The position numbers were made by a program, and so were the translations under genes. The notes beneath the pieces are model-generated. The model did no database searches. It saw only the letters and a program-made list of their open reading frames with translations, and was not told the DNA's origin. 64,000 nt of DNA from Hydrolagus affinis (Eukaryota), in NCBI GenBank assembly GCA_012026655.1, contig JAAILG010000048.1, positions 1 to 64,000 of the forward strand, given 5' to 3'. How positions within the stretch are numbered: position 1 is the first letter of the stretch; the number at the start of each line of letters is the position of its first letter. Shown here piece by piece: positions 52,550-63,799 of this stretch.

Positions 52550-52968
52550 AACAAAAGGCAAAATACTACAGATGCTGAAAATCTGAAATATAAAAACAGA
52601 CGTCACTGGGAACACTGAGGAGGTCAGGTAGCATCTATGGAGAGAAGTATGTTTGTGGGATACTGCTGTACGCAAATGGCTGCCGAATTTCACCCACAAA
52701 TATACATAGTATATTCTATGAAGCATTTTGAGACGTCTAGAAGATGTGAAAAACACTATATCAAATGCAAGGATTATTATTATTAAAGTGAATTAACGTT
52801 TCAGGTTATAAACCCTGATTCAGGTTGACCTTTCGTCAGACCTGTATATTTTATGGGCAAACCCAGCAGCAATTCTGACGAAGGTCATGAACCTGACATG
52901 TTAACTCACTTTCCTCTCTCTATAGATGCTGCCTGACCTGCTACGTTTTCCCAGTGACGTTTGTGTTT
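52550..52968. mobile_element. Fold-back element, probably inverted Penelope-like (PLE) terminal repeats with hammerhead ribozyme motifs
   Basis: Exact 14-bp TSD AATCTGAGGTTCTA (52536-52549, 52969-52982); left arm (52592-52647 plus 52785-52840) complementary to right arm (52874-52968); CTGACGA...GA(A/C)A cores on both strands. Confidence 0.75.
52648..52784 (+). mobile_element. Short SINE 3' fragment nested in the left arm of the fold-back element
   Basis: TGTTTGTGGGATACTGCTGT...CAAATGCAAGG(ATT)n. Confidence 0.9.
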
Positions 52969-53969
52969 AATCTGAGGTTCTATCTGCTCATTTAGGTGGA
53001 CACTGAAGATTCCATGGCACTATTCAAAAAAAGAAAGGAGTTTCTCCTGGTGTTCTGTGAATAACATATTATTCTTGGCGATTTGTGGGATATTTTGTGA
53101 GTCTTTGTCTCAGTTCCTTCTCCTTCTTTTGTCTCATATGCTATGGCTTCTTTATCCAATTTTCTCTTGTGATTTTATGGTCTCCACCAAACAAGCAAAT
53201 TATGCTTTTCGTCTTGTTCTTGGAGATTTTAAGGCAGCAATGATGGAAAATGTGATGTGTTGTTATAATGATAATGCTTGCATTTGATATTGTGCCATAT
53301 CATGTCTTTGTGACATCTCAAAGTGCTTCACCGGAACATACTGTGAATTGAATTGACTGTCTATTTTGTGAGAAAAATGTGTGCAACCAATGGGGCACAA
53401 CAGTGTCTCAAAAAAAGACAGCATTAAGAAACCATCTAAACTATATTTCAGAGTATAGCTTTGAAAAACCAGAGGCACAAATGCAGACAGGCAGCTTTTT
53501 TGCAATTCACAAATACCTTTCTCAACTTTTCATATTCTCAATCTTTAATCAAACTCCTCGGTGGAAATGGACTAAGGATGTTAAAGAATCCTCATTCAAC
53601 CTAAGGTACGCTGGAAAGAATTCTGTCATAATGCTAATTATCCAAACAAACACCTGATTACTGACCCCACAAAAGAACTTCTGGGCTTCAACCAACCCCG
53701 AAAACAAAAGTCCACGTTGAATCTTTCAGAACATCGCACTTTTTTCAGCCTGGAAGGTTCTTACCAGACAACAGTTGTCACAGTTGTAGGGGTATCCACC
53801 TCCTTCATTCAAGTCATTGGCCCATAACGTAAAACTTTATTTTCTCGATTATTTTCAGCATATTTTAGCCTGAAGTTACCTATGTTGATAGGTGAGCAAT
53901 GAAATTATTTATTTTCCTATTTTCTTCCTTGCTCGTTTCTTCAAGAGACCGGCCCTTTCTATGGCACAT

Positions 53970-54212
53970 TTTACAGCTGTTTGGGACTCCTGAGTATTTC
54001 AGCCAAGCAGCCATGCTTTGTGTGAGCCCAGACAATGAGCAGGCTTGTTTGACTGATATAAGCCTGGATATTATTGCTCAGCACAACCCTGTTCTTACTT
54101 GACATCCACACACATGCATTTAGCAACAGGGTCACAGGATAGTTATCAGATGCAAGATCTCTGGCTGATTGTTTTCCTTCATAACCTCTGCCCGGCTAAT
54201 ATCAGCTAACTC
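53970..54212 (-). mobile_element. AmnSINE2-like SINE
   Basis: TGTGTGAGCCCAGACAATGAG, ACATCCACACACATGC, GGGGTCACAGGATAG, CTGGCTGATT, ATCAGCTAACTC. Confidence 0.65.
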
Positions 54213-54224
54213 TATGTATTTCTA

Positions 54225-54330
54225 AATAAAACACAAAAGATGCTGGAAATCTGAAACAAAACCAGAAGTTGCTGGGGAAACTCAGCTGCCTGACCTGCTG
54301 AGTTTCCCCAGCAACTTCTGTTTTTGTTTC
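54225..54330. mobile_element. Short copy of the same fold-back family; 34-bp stem
   Basis: 54253-54286 pairs with 54297-54330 (1 mismatch, 10-nt loop); TSD TATGTATTTCTA / TATGTATCTCTA; shares GATGCTG.AAATCTGAAA and GCTGCCTGACCTGCT with 52550-52968. Confidence 0.8.
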
Positions 54331-54342
54331 TATGTATCTCTA

Positions 54343-54672
54343 TGTGGAGTCCTATAGCTCAGTGGTTAGAGCACTCGCCATACAAGCGTGAGACTTGTGT
54401 TTCGAATCCAGGCAGGTCAGGGCAAAACCTTGGGCAAGTTTACTTACTCCTCACGCCTAATAATAATCCATCCAAAAAAACCTATAAGAAATTGGTCATT
54501 TCAATCCATGACTGTTTGTGGGACACTGCTGTGTGCAATTGGTTGCCACGTTTTGCCCATGAAAAACAGTCAATTCACTTTACAGTATATTCTGTAAAGC
54601 GCTTTGAGATGTCTAGAAGATGTGAAAAGCATTATATCAAATGCAAGGATTATTATTATTATTATATTATTA
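54343..54672 (+). mobile_element. Short tRNA-Deu-L2 SINE, full length
   Basis: A box TAGCTCAGTGG (54355-54365), B box TTCGAATCC (54401-54409), (ATT)n tail. Confidence 0.95.
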
Positions 54673-55664
54673 TCTTCTAGTCTGCATGGCTTAGTTATTT
54701 TAATTGAGATTATGCTAACACCTTTTGAATTTACATTAGGAAATACATTTCTGGCATTTGTGCACAGTAAGGTCCCACAAACAGCCGTAAAGTGATTGAC
54801 CAATATACTGTATCTGTTCTAGGAACAGTAAGCTGTTTAAGATTTAAAAGTGAATCATTTATATTTATACTATGATAACAGGTACTCCAGAAATGTTACA
54901 TGCTCTTCAGAATACTACCTCAACAAAATTTGACAGCAGTCAGGTTAGTATTTTATTATAAGAAGAAATCTATGCATAATCAAGAGACTATTTCTTTCTT
55001 CCATTCTTTTAAATAATTTGCCTTCCTGTAGATATTCCATGCCTGACTTAACCTATGTCTAAGGAAGAAGGCCAAGTGAAACAAAATGCCCAGTAGGATA
55101 AGCAGCGAAAAGAAAGTTCTATTTCCTGCTTCGATTGGGTTGCATGATCATGAATGAACCTGACAAGTCTAGTTGTAAAGGTGGACTTTCACAATACATG
55201 TGAGTCTTTCCTATACAAAGGTCACACATTTGGATTCCTTGCTAGTGGGGCTTAATAGAGTTACAGTATCATAAAAAGGGTTTTAAGATTGTTTTGTGAT
55301 TAGTCATTTACATAAAACAACAGTGAAACAACATTTACCTCTTTCACCTCCACTTTTGATCTTCTTCATGTTTTTCTTCATCTTCTTCATATTATTATAA
55401 TCTTACCTTATCGTATTATTACCTCCACTCCCCCACACCCCCTTCTCTCCCATCACACCCACACCCACACCCACACACATACACAAATCTGGCTTGGATA
55501 CTTAGTCAACAGTGTAAAGTGCTTTGACACATCCCTCCAATATGAAAAGCACTATGAATATGTAAATTGTATTAATAATATGTATTGAATATACTTTATC
55601 AAAAAGGTTCTAATAAGAATTGTGTTACTCTTTCAGATACACAAAGCAATTGGATTATTTGTTG

Positions 55665-56452
55665 TTCCAACAAAAAGACAGAAGCCATTGTCTCTGGCTC
55701 CTGTCGACGTCTTCTGGCGTAAGGTTACATCCTCCTTAACCTACCTAACCTACCCTTAAAACTCTCCGAACCTGTGCGCAACTTAGGTGTCAGATTCAAT
55801 CTTCGGTTATCCTTCCTCCCCCATTTATGGTCTCTAACCAGCAATGCTTTCTTCCATCTTCACCACATTGCCCGACTCCGTTAATACCTCACCCCTAAAG
55901 CTACCGAAACTCTTGTCCGTACCTTTGTCACCTCTCGGCTGGACTACTCCAATGCCCTCCTCGCCAGCCTCCCGTCCTCCACTATTCACAAAATTCAGCT
56001 CATCTAAAACACTGCCGCCCACATTCTCACCCGCATCAAACTTCATACCTCAATTACAGTGAGGTTTAGCATTGCTAAACCTCACTGGCTCCCTATCACA
56101 GAGCTGATTGATTTGAAGATCCTCACTCTTGTGCTTAAATCCCTCCATCCTCGGCATCCCCCTATCTCCCTCACCTCATTCCTCACAGCAGTACCAGCTG
56201 TTTCCGTTCTACTGGGTCCAGCTTCCCGCTTGTCCCCCAAATTCTCCACTTTCAGCCAAGTCCTGAAACTTTGGAGCTCCCACCCTCAACCCCTCCATCA
56301 CACCCTCCTTTCCCATCTACAGGTTGTGCCTGAAGATCTTTCTCTTCGACCATGCTTACGGTCACCTTCCCCCTCCACCTGGCTTGGCCTCAGGCTCTGC
56401 TATTGTTAAGCACTCTCAGACACCAGTTGGCGTGTATAAATGCAAGTTGTTG
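55665..56452 (+). mobile_element. L2 3' fragment, second subfamily, decayed
   Basis: AAGACAGAAGCCATT (KTEAI), CCTGTGCGCAACTTAGGTGTC (PVRNLGV), CGGCTGGACTACTCCAATG (RLDYSN), HWLPITELIDLKIL; tail AAATGCAAGTTGTTG. Confidence 0.88.
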
Positions 56453-56939
56453 TAAGAACGATTCCAGACATGTTCTTGTTTATATTTTTTTGTAAATGTT
56501 TTGCTGAAAATAACCAGTTTGTACTTGTCCCATTCTTAGAAAAACAAAAGACCAAGGGGGACAGGTACCATAATACTGTATTTGGAAAAAGTTGCACTTG
56601 TGATGTGCATTTTCTTCCAGGAGTTGACCATTTCCTTGTCCCAGTTCACTTGTGACTGTGTTGTGAATGTTATGTGGCAAACATTATTTCCTAGGAGATT
56701 CAAGTGTTTTTTCTGCAAGAATTGTAAATGTATACTTGCACAATAGCAGTTTTAAATTTCTGGGACCTACACTTAAATATAATATTTTCAAAATCAGCTC
56801 TGTTGCAGCATTCCCCACATTTTCTCGGTTTATAGGTGAAGCAAGCATTGTAAAAGGATTGCTAGCTGAGAGGCTGTATGTTACCAATCTGGAAAGACGC
56901 CAAAGCAAATCAATTGCAGATAATATCTTTATTATCTTT

Positions 56940-57056
56940 AATAATAATAATAATCCTTGCATTTGATATAGAGCTTTTCACGTCTTCTAGACATCTCAAA
57001 GCGCTTCACAGAATACACCGTACTAAGGTGAATTGGCTGTATATTCATGGGCAAAA
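56940..57056 (-). mobile_element. Short SINE 3' tail
   Basis: (AAT)n-CCTTGCATTTGATATAG...AAAGCGCTTCACAGAATA. Confidence 0.88.
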
Positions 57057-57329
57057 TCCTTCCAAATACTGTAACATCAACAATAGGGCTCTTTTCTGTT
57101 TCCAAGTTTCACTCACAAAACTTGTCACTGACTCTTGTATCTGTCAGGCTGGTTTTATAGCACTCTTGATGTGTGAGCATGTTTGTGGATTCAAGATCCA
57201 CTTCAAGACTTGGAACTCATATAATCTAAGCTGACAATCCAATGCTGGGGGTGTTCAACATTGTCGGAGATGCCATCCTTTAAAAATTCTAAAGTGACTA
57301 GAAGAAATAGATCATGCTAGGCTGCTTCA

Positions 57330-57602
57330 ACGTAGTAGAAGCAGTGGTCTGCGTTTGAATGGGGCCAAATTCAGAATTAATCTATGCAAACACTGTTTCA
57401 GGGAGCGAATAGAGATTCTGTGGAACAGGCTCCCTAGGGAGGTAGTTGAAGGAGGAAATCTTGATTCCTTCAAACACAGATTAGATGGTTTTCTTTTAGG
57501 AAATAACATTATGACATATGTGCATGGGTCCATCAGGAAGATGGAAGAGGAACTAGATGGATCTTGGTCTTTTTTCGTCTAGCGTTTCTCATGTTCTTAT
57601 GT
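57330..57602 (+). mobile_element. CR1 3' end of a distinct family
   Basis: KFRINLCKHCFRERIEILWNRLPREVVEGGNLDSFKHRLDGFL matches the CR1 ORF2 C-terminus; tail CATGTTCTTATGT. Confidence 0.85.
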
Positions 57603-58044
57603 GACAAGGCACTGTATAAATTGAAACATATTTTATTGTTGTAATTATTATCTGCAGTTTTGCTTTATGAAAAACATATTAATGAATAATGTTCTGATGC
57701 TATTAAAACTCAATATAAAAATGGACTAATTTAACAATAAATATAGATAGACACTAATTTAACAATAAATAACAATAATTACAGTATAGACATTTGCTTC
57801 TGTGACCAGATGAATAAATTTAAAGTGGATATTTTTCATATTACAGTACTGTAGTTTGTTTCTTGTCAATTTTCTTTACCAGTTTTTTCTCTTCCTTTCC
57901 TCTCTTGAAGTTGTTTGATTTATTTTATCCTTTGCCTGCAAAATCCACTTTACACTATATTCTGTGATGCGCTTTGAGACGTCTCAGTGATGTGATATGG
58001 CACTGTATCAAATGCAAGGACTATTATCATTATTAGTAGTAGTA

Positions 58045-58276
58045 CTGCTGGGGTATGGTTCCATAAGCTTTTCTTTATTCATGTGTGAAACTAAACAGTG
58101 AGGGAGTGTTTGCTGGTTGTTTGACTGCAGGGAGCTTTGGCTCCAAGCCATATCAGCTCTCCTCCAGCATTTGCTCACCACTGACAATTTTGTTTTAAAG
58201 TGAGTCGGAGCAGGAATCCTGACTTAATTTCTCTCCATCTTGAGATGCTGTGGTGAATGTTGGCGCCCTCTGGCGA
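58045..58276 (-). mobile_element. AmnSINE2-like SINE, decayed
   Basis: GCTGGGGTATGGTTCCA, TTCATGTGTGAAACTAAACAGTGAG, GGAGCAGGAATCCTGACT. Confidence 0.6.
58262..58276 (-). promoter_or_regulatory. CTCF-like core motif
   Basis: Minus strand TCGCCAGAGGGCGCC versus CC(A/G)CCAG(A/G)GGGCGC; motif match only. Confidence 0.5.
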
Positions 58277-58543
58277 AAGATGTATTCATGGAAAAATATG
58301 TTCCTGGTAGTTGTTAGCGAATGTTTTTCATTATGGCAAAAGCAATTTTAATAATAATACTAATCATAATAATAAACCTTACATTTTAGATAGCTCCTTT
58401 CACATCAGAAGGATGTTCCAAAGTGCTTTACAGGATATTACTTTAACGTGTGGTAACTGTTTTTTGTTCCAAGTTCAGGTGGGAACATATCATCATCATT
58501 TTTCTGGTGTCATCAATTTTATTTCTCTGTAAAAATTTGAGAG

Positions 58544-59356
58544 AATGAAGTTTAATACAGAGAAGTGTGAGGTGATACACTTTGGAGAAGAAATGATGGG
58601 AGGCAATACAGGCTAGATAGTACAATTTTAAAGGGTGTGAAGGAACAGAGAGACTGGGGATTTGTGTTAGTGACTCTTTGAAAGTGGCGGGACAGGTAGA
58701 CAAAGCCGTTAAGAAGGCATATGGGATACTAGGCTTAATAAATAGGGGTATAGAATACAAAAGTCAGGAAGTATTGATTAACCTCTATTAGACTTTGGTT
58801 AGGCCTCAGCTGGAGTACTGTGTACAATTCTGGTCACCACACTTTAGGAAGGATATTAAGGCATTGGAAAGGGTGCAGAGGAGATTTACTAGGATGGTAC
58901 CAGGAATGAGGGACTTCAGCTACGTGGAAAGGCTAGATAGGCTAGGCTTATTCTCTCTAGAACAAAGAAGATTGAGAGGAGACCTGATAGAGGTTTATAA
59001 GATTATGAGAGGTTTCGACAGAGTGAATAGGGAAAGATTGTTTCCACTGGTGGGCGAATCAGTGACTCATGGTCACAGATTTAAAATAGTTTCAAAATGA
59101 AGCAGAGGGAAGCTGAAGAGAAATTGTTTCACTCAGCGGGTTGTTCGAATCTGGAATGCATTGCCTGAATAGGTGGTGGAGGCAGATTCCATAACAGCTT
59201 TTAAAAGAGAACTAGATCTTTATTTAGGAAGAGCAGGTCTGTTAGGTTATGGGGAAAAAGCTGGGCAGTGGGATTGAGTTGCTCTGTTCAAAGAGCCGTC
59301 ACAGACTAGATGGGCCGAATGGCCTCCTTTTGTGCCGTATAATTGTATGATTCTAT
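58544..59356 (+). mobile_element. CR1 LINE 3' part, same family as 15031-16714
   Basis: VRPQLEYCVQFWSPHFRKDIKALERVQRRFTRM...GLFSLEQRRLRGDLIEVYKIM; premature stops; tail ATTGTATGATTCTAT. Confidence 0.97.
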
Positions 59357-59369
59357 AAATTTACACTGA

Positions 59370-59603
59370 AAAGAAATATTAAGATCTTTGGAAGAGGCAT
59401 ACGCCATTCAGCCCTTCGAGCCTGTTCCACGATTTAATTAGATCATGGCTGATCTGTACCTCTACTAATCCTTTCAATTACAATTTCCTGCTTTCTTCCT
59501 GCACCTTTAATACCCTGACCCACCAAAAATTTATCAACCTCACTCTTGAAGGTGTGGATAGATCCAGCATCCACAACCTTTTGGGGGAGAGAATTCCAGA
59601 TTT
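59370..59603 (-). mobile_element. CR1 3' end of the second family, tail-to-tail with the preceding CR1
   Basis: GCCATTCAGCCCTTCGAGCCTGTTCCAC...AGATCATGGCTGATCTG...GGAGAGAATTCCAGA. Confidence 0.8.
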
Positions 59604-60537
59604 TTAATTCAATAAACTGTATCTAAAATGTAATGGGAATGTTTTAAGGATATATTTTGAAGGAAGTTTTTGTTTCGGACATAATTTATTTTATTATGGA
59701 ATAAACGTATCAAGAATTCCTAGTTCAAGTATAACTTTGATCAGTACAAAGCAGAGCTTTCATTGCTGTGACAATTTGTCTAATCTTTGAACTCAGAAAG
59801 GAACCCATCACTGAAGCAATGTGACTACAAAACTCTAACATTGTGGATGATTGACAAATCAAACTACCAATCTTTTGCTCCATAATGGTTGTACGGGACA
59901 CAATACAACTTAGTGATGAAGCAAACTTTGCCTGAACATTTGAATAAAGCTGGATGATCACATTTCCACAATTGAGAAGCCAGGTAATGGAAATATGTCT
60001 GTGGGAAGCATAATGTTCTTTTTATCCTGTCATTCCTATTAAGCAGTGTATTGATCCAAACTGGCAATATTATGTCTGTAAGTGCTCAAGAACTATCGTC
60101 ATTACACCATCATTAACAGGTTTTCATTAGCTACTAAAGAGGTTGCAAAGCTGGTCTATTGAACTCTGTAAGAATGGATCTTTTTGTGTGAAATCCACTC
60201 AATTAATCATGTTAGCTCCATTTCATTTATCAAACATCAGATCAACATTTGAAGTACTAGTTAACTAATTCAGATTAAGATCTGGCTGTGCTTTGGGTAA
60301 AAAAAATACTTAGATCTGTTGATACAGTGAACAGGTCAGCCTAGGAATTTATACTACAATTTGTACTAAAATGCACAAGGAGGTTTCTGTAAAACCAGTT
60401 TTTTTTACTTAATGATTGGGATTTAATGTGTATCTAATGTGTGTCTAAGCAGATGAGGTTAATTTACCCCCTTGTCCTTAAATTTGCCATCCCTGGATTT
60501 TCCCATTGTAATCACGCATCACCATGACAGTTAAGTT

Positions 60538-60903
60538 AATAATAATAATAACCCTTGCATTTGATACACAGCAGTGCTTTTCGTGTCTTCTAGACGTCTC
60601 AAAGCACATCACAGAATATACTGTACTGTGAAGTGAATTAACTATATACGTGGGCGAAACACAGCAGCCAATTGTACACAGCAGTGCCCCGCTATTGTGC
60701 AGCGCTCTGAAAGGTGGAGGGCGCTATATAAATCGATGTTGTTGCCCCACAAACAGTCATGGATTGAAATGACCAATTTATTATTGTTTGTTTTGTTGAG
60801 GGTTTATTATTAGGCGTGTGGAGGAAGGAAACTTGTCCAAGGTTTACCCTGCCTAGAATTGAATCCAGGTCTCTCGCTTGTAAGGTGAGTGCTCTAACCA
60901 CTG
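60538..60903 (-). mobile_element. Short tRNA-Deu-L2 SINE with an internal plus-strand L2 tail (about 60691-60742)
   Basis: Tail through head (GTGCTCTAACCACTG); the insert is flanked by TGCCCC (60685-60690, 60743-60748). Confidence 0.9.
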
Positions 60904-62403
60904 TCAAATTAATCTATCAACAACAACAACAAAATTACACTTGTATAGCACCTTTCACGTCAGGAGGATGTCCCAATCAGTGAAGAATACAAATTGCTTA
61001 GCTAACGGGGTAGTATATTTTCCGATGAACGCTTTTATGTTTCTTTAATCCAAATGTTTCCATTACACTGAGGTGCTTCAATTTCTATGTGTATACTAGA
61101 GAGAAATAACACTGATCTTTCATGATTTTATAAACCACTATAAAATTGTAGCACAAAAATTGTTCATTTTATTAATCAGCCTAAAACAGACTATTCCATA
61201 AATGAAAATAAACAAATTTAATAGAATTCCAGGAATTCTTTATTCCTAGAATTAGGAATGAATAGGACTGATTTTAAGATTGTGAAGAAAACCAATAGGA
61301 CTGCCTTTCTTAGGAGAGTAATAGCAATTGTATTACTGTAATTTAAATTGCACTTCCTTGGCACAAGAGCCTCTGACACCAAACAAGTATAATTCTCATG
61401 CGATCTTTATTACTTCATTCATTCACTGATCTAATAATATATAAACCGTGGAATGTGACACTGTGCAATGTTAGGTTTAAGCTGAGTGACAGTGGAGCTT
61501 ATTGAAGCCTGAAAATAGAAATGGTTCTAAACCATCTTATTTCTCGTGTTTAATTTATTTTTCCTCCCCATTACAAAATATAATTACCTAACCTTGGAAG
61601 TCAAACTAAAAGTGATGGGGAAAAAAAGACAATTAAATAAATGTATGACTCTGTAAATTCTTGTGGGTATTTAACATGTTGTTGCATGTCTGAAGATGAA
61701 GTTAAAAAGACTTCAAAGGCAAGATACACGTTGTTAACATTACTGAATGCTGATTGCTCACTCCGACCATGGTGAAAAAAAACAGATCATCTAAGGACAA
61801 ATGCCTCAGATGCATATTGAATATATAATATCAGGAAATAATTTACAAATAAAAAAAAAGGAGATCTGCTGATTCTTTCTATAATCATTGGGCGGGGAAG
61901 ATTACATTTGTTGGGTTCCTATAATAAGAAAGAAATGAACCAGGGCATTTAAAATAAATATTAACTTGAGAATCTGAAGGACAACCTGGGAGGGAATGAC
62001 CCAGAGAAATCTGGTACAGGACAATAAATAGAGAAATTCATGAGCCGAACAGTGACTGGGACATGATCAGACAAGAGATTACGGCTGATTAAATTGGATG
62101 GCGTCACTTCCCAGTGGTCTTATTTTCTGCATGGACTGGGTCTTGTGATGATGGTAATTATTTCTCTCTTTGTAAGCTGTTTGCCATCACTTACCCTCCT
62201 CCAACCAGAAGGTTGGGAGGGCCTGGCTGCAGATGCCTGTGCTCAAGTGACCAGGTGATCAGCCAGCACGAGGCACAATTCGAAAAGGGCAAGTTTGTCA
62301 TGTCACTTTTTCTAATTGTCAAAAATGAAACGTTTGCTCTCCACATACTGAGAAGTGATAGAAGTTGTTCAAATGAACCTAGCAAAACTTTGAGCAGCAA
62401 GCA

Positions 62404-62740
62404 TTGTGGAGCTCCTGTGGCTCAGTGGTTAGAGCCATACTTGTCTTGCACGCTGGGGAGACCTGTGTTCGAATCCAGGCAGTTCAGGGCGAAACCTTGG
62501 GCAAGTTTCCTTACTCCACACGCCTTATAATAATAATCCATCCAAAAAAAACCACAATAATAAAATTGGTCATTTCAATCCACGACTGTTTGTGAGACAC
62601 TAAAAGTGATGCGCAATTGGCTGCCGCGATTCGCCCACAAATAATTCACTTTACAGTATATTCTGTAACGCGCTTTGGGACGTCGATAAGATGTGAAAAG
62701 TGCTATATCAAATGCAAGGGTTATTTATTATTATTATTAT
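62404..62740 (+). mobile_element. Short tRNA-Deu-L2 SINE, full length
   Basis: A box TGGCTCAGTGG (62418-62428), B box GTTCGAATCC (62467-62476), many CpGs retained, (ATT)n tail. Confidence 0.95.
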
Positions 62741-62979
62741 CCCTGGAAGTTAAACTTATGACCTTTGTAGTTGGGAATGCAAGTGCTTAGTTGGGTCACT
62801 AGCGAGTTTCTGGTTTGGACTGTAGATTTTCCTTCATGAGTATTTGTATAGTAACAATTGTATCACATTGTTAAAGAGTTACTTGCACAGCATGCTTTTA
62901 TTGGCCACACAGGTACGGTTCATTTTTCCTGCTAGATTCCCTCAATTAGAGACAAGGAAGAGTGTACAATGTGCAAGAG

Positions 62980-63260
62980 AATTACAATCCTTGCATTTGA
63001 TATAGTGTTTTTCACATCTTAACAATGTCTCAAAGTGCTTCACAGAATATACTGTAAAGTGAATTGACTGTATATGTGTGGGCGAAACGCGCCAGCCAAT
63101 TGCGCACAGCAGTGTCCCACAAACAGTTATGGATTGAAAATGACCAATTTTTATTATTGTGTATTTTTGGAGGGATTATTATTAGGTGTGTGGAGTAAGG
63201 AAACTTGCCCAAGGTTTTGCCCTGACCAGCTTGGATTCGAACACAGGTCTCACGCTTGTA
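62980..63260 (-). mobile_element. Short tRNA-Deu-L2 SINE lacking the A box
   Basis: Reverse complement of the same consensus, from the tail to GGATTCGAACACAGGTCTCACGCTTGTA. Confidence 0.93.
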
Positions 63261-63438
63261 ATTATAGAAAGATATTGAAATTATAGAAGGTGACATAGAA
63301 GTTATATTTGTGTTAGAGACAAAACATTTCTGTTTAGATCTCCGTCATGCCCATGCCCATGTAGCCTAATGTATATGTTGCCTGATCTTTATTGCTTAAC
63401 ATGCAAACCAGCTTGAGCTCAGATGTAAAATATTTCTG

Positions 63439-63452
63439 CCTACAGGGGGAGC
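63439..63452 (+). promoter_or_regulatory. Weaker CTCF-like motif
   Basis: CCTACAGGGGGAGC, 11/14 match to CCACCAGGGGGCGC. Confidence 0.3.
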
Positions 63453-63799
63453 TATTGGCCCATTAGAAGAAGTTGATAAACAACCATGATTTTTGATGAA
63501 TAAATGCAGGTGTGTAGAATAAAATTGTATAGACACATAAGTAATTCCTACCATAAATGTATGAGCATAACAGTCTATAGTGCAGTAAGATCTTTTGCAT
63601 TACTTGCACCAGTGTAATAGTGACACATACCCTGTCTTTTTTCCAACAGCAGGCCAGTGCAACCTCAAGATTGCATGAATACAGAAATCAAACCCACATT
63701 CATGACATATAGACCCAATTTTATTCTATATCTATACTGTTAATATCCTTGTGACTTGCTATGAAAACATATTGCTTATTTGATGCACACAGCACCTCA

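Larger units (their letters stand above)
52385..53095 (+). mobile_element. Long Deu SINE split by the fold-back element
   Basis: TCTAGGCTGATACTGCAG...TGTCAGAGGTGCTG...AATCTGAGGTTCTA, resuming after 52968 with GAAGATTCCATGGCACTATTC...TTTCTCCTGGTGTTCTG. Confidence 0.8.

Noticed and set aside
62114-62530. 138-aa ORF and a minus-strand GTAAGT donor near 62190
   Set aside because: The ORF runs into a SINE; no recognisable domain.
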